Of a DNA stretch of 64,000 bases, positions 38,768 through 47,990 are shown one piece after another. The notes beneath the pieces are model-generated. The model saw only the letters and a program-made list of their open reading frames with translations, had not been told where the DNA came from and searched no databases. Made by a program: the position numbers and the translations under genes. Positions within the stretch are counted from its first letter, which is position 1; each line of letters begins with the position of its first letter. The stretch lies in the IMG/VR virus record IMGVR_UViG_3300042558_004148, positions 124,001-188,000 of that record. One strand, written 5' to 3'.

Positions 38768-39163
38768 ATGATTATCATGGAGGAAAATAACAACATTAGT
38801 CAGACACTTCTGATGAAGCAAATTTTAGACGAGATTTCTAGATTGAAGTCCACGATGCCTAATGGTGAGTTAAAACACCTACAGGATGCAGTCGAGGGAC
38901 TTAGACTAGATCAAAAATCCTTGAAGGAGGATGTTTCTGATATAAAGAAGAAATTACTTGATCCAGATACTGGTGTTATCGTTAAGGTTAACGAGAACAC
39001 CAAGTTTAGGGTACAAGAGGAAAGTAGATATGAGGACTATTTGCAATTTAACGTTGATCTTAATGATCTTAAGAAATGGCAAAGCGGAATAAATAAAGCA
39101 ATGTGGATTATATTCACTGCTATAGCTGCTATTGCTCTTAAGGTTATATTCGGTGTTGGATAA
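38768..39163 (+). CDS. coiled-coil protein with C-terminal TM helix (holin- or XhlA-like)
   Basis: Heptad pattern then WIIFTAIAAIALKVIFG; GATATATA at 38728. Confidence 0.5.
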   Translation: MIIMEENNNISQTLLMKQILDEISRLKSTMPNGELKHLQDAVEGLRLDQKSLKEDVSDIKKKLLDPDTGVIVKVNENTKFRVQEESRYEDYLQFNVDLNDLKKWQSGINKAMWIIFTAIAAIALKVIFGVG

Positions 39164-39184
39164 CACTAATTAAAAACTATTTTT

Positions 39185-39481
39185 ATGGAATCCTGGTTTT
39201 TTAAAGATATAATTGGTTCTAAATCTGAAAGTAGATCACTTCTAGGTGATGCGATTTACGAGAAAGTAAAAGAAGCGATATTGGATAATTATGATAGGAT
39301 AGAAATATTTACTCTCCTATCCAAATCTAGTCACGAATCACCTATTTCTGGGATCACATTTAGTCTCGATAACAAGCAATTTTATTTATTTTTAGAAAAT
39401 TATCTGAAAGTTTGCGAGGATAGAGAGGAGTATGAAAAGTGCAGGGAAATATTGGATCTCACTGAACTAATAACTGGATGA
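39185..39481 (+). CDS. UVR-like motif protein
   Basis: C-terminal YLKVCEDREEYEKCREILDL. Confidence 0.5.
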   Translation: MESWFFKDIIGSKSESRSLLGDAIYEKVKEAILDNYDRIEIFTLLSKSSHESPISGITFSLDNKQFYLFLENYLKVCEDREEYEKCREILDLTELITG

Positions 39482-39678
39482 TACCTATGAAAGTGGCAGA
39501 TATTCAGAAATATGACGACAATTTATCAAGATACTCATTGATAGTAAGAGGAGTAATAAAATCCAGTGATGAGATAGTAGATTGTATAAGAATTTTTGAA
39601 TACTTTGAGGATTATGAAAAATGTAAGCATCTAAGGGATATATTACTTAATAGTAAAGATGGAGAAAAAATTAGATAG
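39478..39678 (+). CDS. UVR-like motif protein
   Basis: CIRIFEYFEDYEKCKHLRDIL. Confidence 0.5.
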   Translation: MIPMKVADIQKYDDNLSRYSLIVRGVIKSSDEIVDCIRIFEYFEDYEKCKHLRDILLNSKDGEKIR

Positions 39679-39895
39679 ACAGATTTTTGAGAATGCCCTT
39701 AGTAGCATGGTAAAATATGGTAGCATAAGTATTATGAGCGAACGCATATATTACAGGAGAGAATTGCTTAAAAAGTCAATGCTGGCTTACTATGAATCAA
39801 CTGAAGAGTTTGAAAAATGTAGATATCTCGTATGGTTTTTTAATTCGGTTGAGATCGATAATCAGGTAGGAGCTACTGGTGAATATGTGGAATAA
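39659..39895 (+). CDS. UVR-like motif protein
   Basis: MLAYYESTEEFEKCRYL. Confidence 0.5.
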   Translation: MEKKLDRQIFENALSSMVKYGSISIMSERIYYRRELLKKSMLAYYESTEEFEKCRYLVWFFNSVEIDNQVGATGEYVE

Positions 39896-39997
39896 TCCTC
39901 ATATAATGTGGATAAAAATAGTAATTATGGGTTTCTTTTTGAAACCTTTATTTTTGTTGGTGGTATAAAACATAACCAACAAAAAGTAAATAGATTA

Positions 39998-41575
39998 ATG
40001 AAATTTTCAGAACTTACTGCAGAACAAATCTTTGAAATTTCGGAAATATATTGGAATAGAAAGGCTTCTTGGGACGAACGAATGAAGCAACTAAGTCAAT
40101 ATCTTGGAAAATCCGAAAGAACAGTTCAGAGTTGGATCTCCAAATTAGGGATCACAGAAAAATCGATACAAGAATCACCACAACTCATAAAAGCCAAAGA
40201 GAGGAAATTCGATAAGAAGAAAAAAAGATTTATCATAACTTGGGCTCAAAATGACACCCCTGTTCATGATGTATTCTTTTCAAATCTTGAAGAATATGCT
40301 AATTTCATTGGAGCTGATATACACGTAATAGCGGGTAGATACAAAAATCCAACTTCAGTATTTTCTGATAAGAAATATGATACTTGGGCCCCTAGAATAG
40401 AACCATTCCTGGATGCGAATAGACATGAGGTTCATAAACATATGTGGATTATGTCTGATGTGAAGATACAGCCAACAGCTGTTGATCCAATGACTGGACT
40501 ACAAGGTATGAGCGGAGTTAATTCATGCGTATTTGGATCTCCAAAGGTACACATGGAAACCATTCCTGTACTAGAGGGTAATCTTCCGAAGATGATGATG
40601 ACCACTGGAGCATGTACGGTTAAAAATTATACAGATTCAAAATCTGGAAAGAAAGGAGAATTCCACCACACTCTAGGGTTTGTTGTTGTTGAGATAAAGG
40701 ATTCAAAAATATTCTTTGCAAGACAAGTAACAGCAACGGACGACGGTGATTTCCACGATCTTTATCATTCGGTTAAATATAATCCTGATAGTAACATTAG
40801 TGAGGTTACTAGGATAACTAAAATACCAGCAGCGATATTAGGGGATTTACACTACGGTCAACATGATCCGGAAGTTATAAAGAAAACATTGGAGCTTTTT
40901 AGTAACTTAGAACCTGAAAATGTAGTTTTGCATGATGTTTTTGATGGACTTTCAATAAATCATCACGAATCAAACGATCCATTTATACAGTATCATAGAG
41001 AAATGGACGGTACAAATTCTCTAAGAAAGGAAATAGATGCAATGCTAATTGGTCTGGAGGATTTCGAGAAATATAACGTTACTATAGTTAGAAGTAACCA
41101 TGATGATTTCTTAGATAGATGGCTTAAAAACACAGATTGGAGAAAAGCAAGTACGCTGAAGAATTCCATAGAATATATGGAATTTAGTGCATTGCTATTA
41201 AAAGGTGAGGCACCTAAGGGGATTATACCGCATCTTATAAATAAAAGATTTCCTACATTCAAAACATTAGACCGAAGTGATAGCTTCGTTATAAATGGAT
41301 GGGAATTAGGACAGCACGGGGACATAGGATCAAATGGATCCAGAGGTTCACTTCTGCAATTCAGAAAGCTAAACACTAAAATAGTAGTTGGTCACTACCA
41401 CTCACCCGGTAGAAAGGATGGTGCTTTAGCTGTCGGTACATCAACCAAACTTAGAGTTAATTATAATCTAGGCCCTAGTGGATGGTTACAATCACACGTT
41501 ATAGTTCATGCTGATGGTAAGGCTCAACACATAAATTTCATTAAAGGTGAATTCACCACTATAAAACTCAAATAA
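39998..41575 (+). CDS. T5 A1-like protein (HTH + calcineurin-like nuclease/phosphoesterase)
   Basis: KRFIIT.AQN.T..H, TTG..T.KNY...K.G.K.E.HH, GDLH, HDVFD...NHH, SNHD, HG..G.NGSRG, GHYHS, YN.G.S.W match phage T5 A1; start placed after the promoter at 39941-39968. Confidence 0.8.
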   Translation: MKFSELTAEQIFEISEIYWNRKASWDERMKQLSQYLGKSERTVQSWISKLGITEKSIQESPQLIKAKERKFDKKKKRFIITWAQNDTPVHDVFFSNLEEYANFIGADIHVIAGRYKNPTSVFSDKKYDTWAPRIEPFLDANRHEVHKHMWIMSDVKIQPTAVDPMTGLQGMSGVNSCVFGSPKVHMETIPVLEGNLPKMMMTTGACTVKNYTDSKSGKKGEFHHTLGFVVVEIKDSKIFFARQVTATDDGDFHDLYHSVKYNPDSNISEVTRITKIPAAILGDLHYGQHDPEVIKKTLELFSNLEPENVVLHDVFDGLSINHHESNDPFIQYHREMDGTNSLRKEIDAMLIGLEDFEKYNVTIVRSNHDDFLDRWLKNTDWRKASTLKNSIEYMEFSALLLKGEAPKGIIPHLINKRFPTFKTLDRSDSFVINGWELGQHGDIGSNGSRGSLLQFRKLNTKIVVGHYHSPGRKDGALAVGTSTKLRVNYNLGPSGWLQSHVIVHADGKAQHINFIKGEFTTIKLK

Positions 41576-42153
41576 TGATGGATATTAGCAGTTATAAATT
41601 TATTGCGGGGGTTGACGAAGTTGGACGCGGGGGACTTAGTGGACCTGTAGTTGCAGCCGCTGTTATATTGCCAGCGGATTTTCATGACAGCCGGATTAAG
41701 GACAGTAAAACTATCAAAAGTCTAAAGAAGCGAGAGGAGCTGGAGCTATTAATAAAGGATAATGCAATATCTTGGGGTATTGGAGCAGCATCTCCGCAGG
41801 AAATAGATCAGATGAACATTTTACAAGCCACATTCTTAGCTATGAAAAGAGCTATTGATGCATGCTCACATAAGCCAGATTTTCTTTATATTGATGGTGA
41901 TAGATTTCCTGGTCATCAGGGAATACCTTATGAATGCGTCATTAAAGGTGATTCTAAAATCTTTAGTATCTCAGCTGCGTCGATATTAGCTAAAGTCCAT
42001 AGGGACAAGCTGATGAGAGAATTAGATTCACAGTACCCAAAATATCTATGGTCAAGAAATGTAGGATATGGAACAGCTGATCATATTAAGGCCATCAGGG
42101 AGACTGGAATAACCAAACATCACAGAAAAACATTTTGTCAAAATTTTATTTAA
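41575..42153 (+). CDS. rnhB: ribonuclease HII
   Basis: AGVDEVGRG..SGPVVAAAV, DSK, IDG, KGD..I.SISAASILAKV.RD, GYGT..H. Confidence 0.95.
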   Translation: MMDISSYKFIAGVDEVGRGGLSGPVVAAAVILPADFHDSRIKDSKTIKSLKKREELELLIKDNAISWGIGAASPQEIDQMNILQATFLAMKRAIDACSHKPDFLYIDGDRFPGHQGIPYECVIKGDSKIFSISAASILAKVHRDKLMRELDSQYPKYLWSRNVGYGTADHIKAIRETGITKHHRKTFCQNFI

Positions 42154-42159
42154 TAAATC

Positions 42160-42522
42160 ATGGAAAATAAAGAATTAGATGTAAACATCAATCCTCTAAC
42201 GGGGGAAGTTATTATCGATCCAGTAATGGATGAATCTGAGGAGATGGAAATCCTTGGTATAGAGGAATTTGATAGAGCCGAGTGGGTTTGCCAATTCGAC
42301 GAGGAAGATCCAATAGTTATAGCATGGAGCAATGACAAGACTGAACCTGGAGAATTATCATTCGTGCTAAAAGCAAGGTCGGATTCTAGTTTAATCTTTC
42401 AATCTGGAGATGGTCAGAAAACTTTTAGATTGTTCGCTAGAAGAATGCCAGATGAGAGAAGATCTGAACTTGATCAACACGAAGAAACTGAAAGAAAACT
42501 GAGAGAAGAAAATAATCTTTAA
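42160..42522 (+). CDS. hypothetical acidic protein
   Basis: Packed ORF. Confidence 0.55.
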   Translation: MENKELDVNINPLTGEVIIDPVMDESEEMEILGIEEFDRAEWVCQFDEEDPIVIAWSNDKTEPGELSFVLKARSDSSLIFQSGDGQKTFRLFARRMPDERRSELDQHEETERKLREENNL

Positions 42523-42525
42523 GAA

Positions 42526-43584
42526 ATGCAACCTAAACAACCAAAGTTTGATTTTAATGACATCCTAATTTCACCTGCTATCATAACTGATATCAGTACC
42601 AGAAAGCAGGTGAATGTTCTATACGATGATGAATATCTTCCTATATTTACTGCTCCAATGGACACGGTAGTATCTAGTGAAAATAAGGATTTCTTTTTCA
42701 GAAACGGTATCAAGGTCGTAATGCCAAGAACTGAAAAGCTGGGTAATGTTATCGTAACATCCCATGATTTATTTAGATCTGTGGGAATGGATGAATTTGA
42801 ATCGATATTTCTTGGAGAAATTTCTATAGAAGGAGGTCCTTTTTACATGTTGATTGATATAGCGAATGGACATATGAACAAGCTACTTGATATAACAAGG
42901 AGAGCAAAGGAGCAGTATGGAAATTCCATGATATTAATGGTTGGTAATATAGCACATCCGGAAACTTATAGGCTTTTCTCGTCAGCTGGAGCTGATTACA
43001 TTAGAATTGGTATAGGTAATGGGGCTGGTTGCTTAACAACAGTCCAGACTGGAGTTGGCTATCCCATGGCATCGCTAATTAAGGAATGCTATGATGTAAG
43101 CTGCACCATAGACAATCCAGCAAAGATTGTTGCTGATGGTGGATTTAAAAACTACTCCGATATTATAAAGGCGCTAGCATTAGGTGCTGATTATGTTATG
43201 TTGGGATCAATACTGAATAAAGCTTTAGAAAGTTGCGGTGAAACCTATCTTAGTAATAGAAGTATCAATTATGATAGTAAAGTAAACCAATATTCTGTTG
43301 ACACGGAGAACCTATTTAAAAACGGTGCTAAGATGTTTAAAAATTTTAGAGGGATGAGTACCAAGGAGGCACAGACCGCTATGGGTAAATCTATATTAAA
43401 GACCAGTGAGGGAGTTACTAGGGTGCAGGAGGTTGAATATACGATATCAGGATGGACAGATAACTTCAAAAGTTATCTAAGTTCTGCAATGAGCTATTCT
43501 AATGCAACAACACTGGAAGACTTTATAGGTAAAGCCGAATGGAATATGATAACCGTGAATTCATATGACAGGTTCAAAAAATAA
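42526..43584 (+). CDS. IMP dehydrogenase / GMP reductase family protein (no CBS domains)
   Basis: APMDTV, IDIANGH, GIGNGAGCLT catalytic Cys, ADGG, VMLGS, FRGMS, SEG. Confidence 0.88.
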   Translation: MQPKQPKFDFNDILISPAIITDISTRKQVNVLYDDEYLPIFTAPMDTVVSSENKDFFFRNGIKVVMPRTEKLGNVIVTSHDLFRSVGMDEFESIFLGEISIEGGPFYMLIDIANGHMNKLLDITRRAKEQYGNSMILMVGNIAHPETYRLFSSAGADYIRIGIGNGAGCLTTVQTGVGYPMASLIKECYDVSCTIDNPAKIVADGGFKNYSDIIKALALGADYVMLGSILNKALESCGETYLSNRSINYDSKVNQYSVDTENLFKNGAKMFKNFRGMSTKEAQTAMGKSILKTSEGVTRVQEVEYTISGWTDNFKSYLSSAMSYSNATTLEDFIGKAEWNMITVNSYDRFKK

Positions 43585-43620
43585 AAACTTTTTTTGGTAT
43601 ATAGTTAAAAAAATAACAAA

Positions 43621-44070
43621 ATGAAATCTAATTATCTACTAACTATAGAGTTAATATCAAAAAACAAATTCACTAAAGGTGAAATAGAGGGAATAAAGGA
43701 TATCTTAGATCTTGGTGTTGATAACACCCCATTTAGATCTATTTTTAACGATAGTCTTTCAATCAATTTTAATAGCTATCTTGAAGTTTATGCGGAGGAT
43801 ATAATATTTGATGCTGATGTACAGGAAGAACTTGGTAATTTAATTGAAAATATAGATTCGATTATACCAGGTGGATGGGAAAACGATTCCAAGATAGAAT
43901 GGGTAAGTGAATATCAACACACATCTTCTGTTTGGTACAAGGATGGTCAGAAATGGATCAACGTTATCAAGGAAAATGATAGAGGAATATTAGGAGAAGA
44001 TGAAGAATGGAATGAAGAACTTGATGACCATGGTTACGGTTCGGATTTCGATGACGATGAATGGAACTAA
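43621..44070 (+). CDS. hypothetical acidic protein
   Basis: ORF after GGTATATA variant promoter. Confidence 0.55.
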   Translation: MKSNYLLTIELISKNKFTKGEIEGIKDILDLGVDNTPFRSIFNDSLSINFNSYLEVYAEDIIFDADVQEELGNLIENIDSIIPGGWENDSKIEWVSEYQHTSSVWYKDGQKWINVIKENDRGILGEDEEWNEELDDHGYGSDFDDDEWN

Positions 44071-44094
44071 TTTTTTAATTAGGATATATAATTT

Positions 44095-44176
44095 AAGGGT
44101 GCCTTTCGTGCTTAGTGTCCCGGGTCAGAGTGGCCTTAGAATTGTTCATGTATAATGAGCAGTGATGGGATTTTAA
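44095..44176 (+). ncRNA. candidate structured 5' leader RNA (three-way junction plus long-range pairing arm)
   Basis: GC-rich island after GATATATA (44083-44090): P1 44112-44122/44166-44176, P2 44123-44127/44131-44135, P3 44141-44149/44155-44163; 44095-44108 complementary to 45064-45077. Confidence 0.55.
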
Positions 44177-44193
44177 AAAATAAAAAAGGTAAA

Positions 44194-45048
44194 ATGAAAA
44201 CAAACAAAACAATGCAGGGGCTAAATTCTCCTGAAGCTTGGGTAGCCGTAGCCAGCAATAGACAAAAAATATACGGAGCAAACGAGGATCTGGTTTACCT
44301 TGACGATAACCAGGAATTTCAGATTGAGTTATTTAATCCAACATCTGAAAAATACCTAGCTAAAATTTATCTTAATGATAAATTGATTAGCAACACTGGC
44401 TTAGTTCTTAAGCCGGGACAGAGATACTTCCTTGATAGATACCTGGACGAAAAGAAGAAATTCTTATTTTCAACCTATGAGGTAGATTCGTCTGATGAAG
44501 TAAAGGCTGCAATCAGAAATAATGGTAAGGTTAAGGTTGAGTTCTTTAAGGAGATACCAGTATTCAATAATCCGATCTCTATTAATACCGGGACTGCAAT
44601 ATTCACCCAATATCCAACAAATCCGTGGTACGGTGGAAGCTGGGGTGGAAGTTTTGGCGGGAATGTTTATTGTGGTACAACACTATCCGGTACAACGGGT
44701 ACAACTTTTACCACGACCTCTGCCGCTAATAATAACATATCTTTTACATCATCTCTTTCCTCAGGGAATACCGCTTATTATAGCTCTCCTGTAGCTGGAT
44801 CTGCTAATGTATCAGGAACTTTAGAAACCGGTATGGTAGAGAAGGGAAGTAAATCGGATCAGTCTTTTGGTAATGATAGCGGATCTTATTCTCTGTACAG
44901 CTCATACACTAGTGAATATCAAATATTACCAAGATCCACTAAGCCAGTAGAGGTATCTGAAATCAGATCATACTGCACAGGCTGTGGAACAAGAATGAAA
45001 AAGAAAACATGGAAATTCTGTCCAAACTGCGGAGAATCCATGGAATAA
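44194..45048 (+). CDS. zinc-ribbon domain protein (beta-rich N-domain, low-complexity linker, CxxC...CxxC)
   Basis: EFQIELFNPT...GLVLKPGQRYFLDRY, ETG.VEKG..S.QSF, YCTGCG...KFCPNCG; ATG at 44194 follows an A-rich initiation region. Confidence 0.7.
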   Translation: MKTNKTMQGLNSPEAWVAVASNRQKIYGANEDLVYLDDNQEFQIELFNPTSEKYLAKIYLNDKLISNTGLVLKPGQRYFLDRYLDEKKKFLFSTYEVDSSDEVKAAIRNNGKVKVEFFKEIPVFNNPISINTGTAIFTQYPTNPWYGGSWGGSFGGNVYCGTTLSGTTGTTFTTTSAANNNISFTSSLSSGNTAYYSSPVAGSANVSGTLETGMVEKGSKSDQSFGNDSGSYSLYSSYTSEYQILPRSTKPVEVSEIRSYCTGCGTRMKKKTWKFCPNCGESME

Positions 45049-45063
45049 TAAATTAATTTAATT

Positions 45064-45077
45064 CGGAAGGCACCCTT
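45064..45077 (+). repeat. 3' arm of a 14-bp inverted repeat flanking the zinc-ribbon gene
   Basis: CGGAAGGCACCCTT pairs with AAGGGTGCCTTTCG (44095-44108): 13 Watson-Crick pairs and one G:U. Confidence 0.8.
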
Positions 45078-45146
45078 TTATTCAACCGAATATAAAATTA
45101 TAATATAGGGTTAATACTGATGATATATAGGCTAAAACAATTTTAA

Positions 45147-45746
45147 ATGAAAGCCAAAACGTTATTATTATTAACCCTATTATTTTCAACCAATCTTTTA
45201 TTTTCTCAGGTTCTTAGGGATTCGGTTAAAGTTAAAACTGATATCTATGAGGTTATCTACAGTGAGAAGCTGGAGCAACCAAGATTCATAAAATATGATG
45301 TGCTATGTCCCACTGGAACAGCATCTAGAGCTGGTATGGACTTCTATACCAACGACAGTATAAAAACCTCAGACAATCTGGATTATGTCAAAAATCTGTA
45401 CGATAAAGGACATCTAGCACCCGCTGCTGATTTTAATTGTACCAAAGACATGCTTAAGAAGACATTCAGTTACCTCAATTGCGCATTACAGGATCAATAC
45501 CTTAACAGAGGAGTTTGGCGAATCCTTGAAGAATATGAAAGAGAATTAGCTAAAAGCAGTAAAGTTACAGTGACAATAGAATTAGTATTTACCGCAAAAT
45601 CTAAGAAGCTACCAACAGGAGCCACTGTTCCCGACGGATTTTATAAGACGATATACGTCGAAAAAACCAAAAAAGTGTATAAATACTATTTTCCCAACAT
45701 AAAACCAACCAAACTCAAATATAGCGACTACTTATTAGGAAACTAA
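45147..45746 (+). CDS. secreted DNA/RNA non-specific endonuclease (NucA/EndoG-type)
   Basis: Signal peptide; YDKGHLAPAAD, TFSYLN..LQ...LNRGVWR.LE, VPDGFYK; GATATATA at 45122. Confidence 0.9.
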   Translation: MKAKTLLLLTLLFSTNLLFSQVLRDSVKVKTDIYEVIYSEKLEQPRFIKYDVLCPTGTASRAGMDFYTNDSIKTSDNLDYVKNLYDKGHLAPAADFNCTKDMLKKTFSYLNCALQDQYLNRGVWRILEEYERELAKSSKVTVTIELVFTAKSKKLPTGATVPDGFYKTIYVEKTKKVYKYYFPNIKPTKLKYSDYLLGN

Positions 45747-45782
45747 TATGGTATACCGATATATAATAAAAAAAGAAAACCT

Positions 45783-46223
45783 ATGAATAAAATAGCTTCA
45801 TTCGAAGATTTTAAAAAATCAAAAGCTGCACCTTCTATTAAGGAGGAGCATGGAGAAGAACATGGTGGTGATCCACAACATTATATGTTCTTTCAGAATC
45901 TTGCATCTATCAAACATTATATTGATGAGATTCTTAAAATGGAACCAGAGCAAGTTGATAACATGCTGAAAAATGGGCATGATTGGGCAGCTGATCATAT
46001 CGCTACATCTAAAGATGATATTCAGGAAGTTGCTGAGTGGATTAGAAATGAAATGGAAAATCCAGGTCACGAGGAGGAAAGCGGAGACGACGAACTAGCT
46101 GAACCTGAGGTAGATAATATCATCGTTAATATCGAGGGTGAAGATGATGATAAGGAAGATGAAGAAGAGGAAGACGACGATGAAGATGAAGATGATGACG
46201 AAGAGGAGGAAGAAGAAGCTTAA
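45783..46223 (+). CDS. acidic-tail protein with capsid-targeting-like N-terminus
   Basis: MNKIASFEDF; GHDWAADHI core; poly-D/E tail; GATATATA at 45758. Confidence 0.65.
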   Translation: MNKIASFEDFKKSKAAPSIKEEHGEEHGGDPQHYMFFQNLASIKHYIDEILKMEPEQVDNMLKNGHDWAADHIATSKDDIQEVAEWIRNEMENPGHEEESGDDELAEPEVDNIIVNIEGEDDDKEDEEEEDDDEDEDDDEEEEEEA

Positions 46224-46237
46224 TCTTTAAAAAATAT

Positions 46238-46274
46238 AAAAAAGGCCGATATCAATCAGATTTCGGCCTTTTTT
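46238..46274 (+). terminator. intrinsic terminator
   Basis: AAAAAAGGCCGA...TCGGCCTTTTTT. Confidence 0.75.
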
Positions 46275-46322
46275 GTGAAACTAATTAGAGCAAACCGTAT
46301 ATGATTTTAAAATTAATATACC

Positions 46323-46958
46323 ATGGAAGTAAATTTCTCCGATTCGTTTGCAAAGAGCCTTAAGAGGTTAACATGGCACGAAAGTAAATTATATAAAACG
46401 TATTCGGTATTTCGCTATGATATACCAAGATTTATCAGGAATGTTTGGAGGTTTAGAAAACCACTGATGAATCACTACTGGTGGGACCATCATTCAACTC
46501 TGGAATTTGTAAGAATCTCATTGGATCATATGTCAGTTAATCTCGAAGAGAAAGGATTGGAAATAGATAAACCTAGAATGAAAAAGGTTAATGCCATGAG
46601 AAGAGCTTCACAGATCATTCAAAATTACAACGAGGACAATTACATAGAGATGGCCGAGGCAGAGCTTGGCGAAATTATACATCATCCATGGGAATTCGAA
46701 GACGTTGAAGGAAAGCCTGGGCTTAGTAGATTGGTTGATAAGGATACTGAAGAGGAAAAAATTCATAATAGAAAAGTTTATGATAGAACCAGGGAGATCT
46801 CTGAGGCTGAATGGAAGGAGCTTTGGATCATATTCAGTGGACAAAATCATGATGAATATAAGGAAATATACGAAAAATTAAATGAGGAGGAAAAGAAAGA
46901 AGAAAACCACTACTACAATTGGTTTGACGGAACCGATATGCGAGGATGGTGGGATTAA
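46323..46958 (+). CDS. hypothetical protein
   Basis: ORF after GAAAC-type promoter; ends GWWD. Confidence 0.6.
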   Translation: MEVNFSDSFAKSLKRLTWHESKLYKTYSVFRYDIPRFIRNVWRFRKPLMNHYWWDHHSTLEFVRISLDHMSVNLEEKGLEIDKPRMKKVNAMRRASQIIQNYNEDNYIEMAEAELGEIIHHPWEFEDVEGKPGLSRLVDKDTEEEKIHNRKVYDRTREISEAEWKELWIIFSGQNHDEYKEIYEKLNEEEKKEENHYYNWFDGTDMRGWWD

Positions 46959-47571
46959 TCCTACCAAAATAAAGCATTCGGAAAAGAGCATACAGAAACT
47001 TCTCGAGAGCAGATTTGATATAAGTAACATTAAATTCGTTGTTTCAAATCTCTACCTATTTAGACATAATTGGGAAAGCGATTTTCTGGTGGTCCAGAGA
47101 AATTCTGGATATTGCTATGAGATAGAGATCAAAATAAGTAGAGCGGATTTCCTTAATGACTCTAAAAAAGTCGATAAACATTCTATATTGAAAGACGGTA
47201 CATACCTGGTTAAGAAATATAAATACCGATGGGATAAGGAACTTAATAAAAGTGTTAGCGAACATAATTTCATACCTACAGAATGGAAATTTAGACCTAA
47301 TAAATTTTATTATTGTGTACCCGAGGGACTTATTAAACCAGAGGAAGTTCCTGAATATGCCGGACTTATGTACGTTAATGAGTTTGGTGTAACTACAGTA
47401 AAGGAGCCAAAATTTATTCATAAGGAAAAGCTAGCTCTAGAAAAGCCTCTATGTGATAAATTTTATTATTATTGGAGGAATGAGAAAAATAATAACATCT
47501 CGCTAATAAAGGAGATTGCTAAATTCAAAAATGAAATTGGTATCCTTAACGAGAAGCTAAATAAAAATTGA
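46882..47571 (+). CDS. PD-(D/E)XK nuclease-like (MmcB-like) protein; start uncertain
   Basis: ESDFL...YEIEIKISRADF..D, PNKFYYCVP, PEYAGL. Confidence 0.65.
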   Translation: MRRKRKKKTTTTIGLTEPICEDGGINPTKIKHSEKSIQKLLESRFDISNIKFVVSNLYLFRHNWESDFLVVQRNSGYCYEIEIKISRADFLNDSKKVDKHSILKDGTYLVKKYKYRWDKELNKSVSEHNFIPTEWKFRPNKFYYCVPEGLIKPEEVPEYAGLMYVNEFGVTTVKEPKFIHKEKLALEKPLCDKFYYYWRNEKNNNISLIKEIAKFKNEIGILNEKLNKN

Positions 47572-47574
47572 TAT

Positions 47575-47988
47575 ATGGAAGATTCAATAATGGAGAGATA
47601 CGTTTCGTTTATATGCGAAGAAATACCAGGATCGATGAAAGTCCGTATATCACCTCCACCGCCAAAAGATGATGGTACATTGGGATATAACATAATGCCT
47701 AAAATTGGACCCTGGGTAAATCGTAATGTCGGAATTGAGATTATAGAGAAATACACCAGATCAGCTAAAATAAGACTGTCTTTTGATTCATATACCGACG
47801 AATCAATATATTACATGTCCAGAAGGAAAGGACCAGAAACTATATTGGATGAGATCCATAATAAGATAGTAAAAATAGTGAATGTTAGATTCAAGGAAGA
47901 AGACAGAACTGAAGATATTAGAGAAGAATACTCAAAGTTATCTGGTATTTTTGAAAAAATGAAAATAAAAAATAATAAAGATCAGTAG
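47575..47988 (+). CDS. hypothetical protein
   Basis: Packed ORF. Confidence 0.5.
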   Translation: MEDSIMERYVSFICEEIPGSMKVRISPPPPKDDGTLGYNIMPKIGPWVNRNVGIEIIEKYTRSAKIRLSFDSYTDESIYYMSRRKGPETILDEIHNKIVKIVNVRFKEEDRTEDIREEYSKLSGIFEKMKIKNNKDQ

Positions 47989-47990
47989 AT

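Noticed and set aside
44110-44176. Hammerhead or other known self-cleaving ribozyme
   Set aside because: Three stems are present but the CUGAnGA/GAAA core is absent
44095-45077. Insertion sequence with terminal inverted repeats
   Set aside because: The enclosed ORF has no transposase motif, no target-site duplication is seen, and G:U pairs favour RNA pairing; kept as an RNA finding instead
46130-46223. GAA/GAT-rich tract as a DNA repeat element
   Set aside because: Explained by the poly-Asp/Glu coding tail
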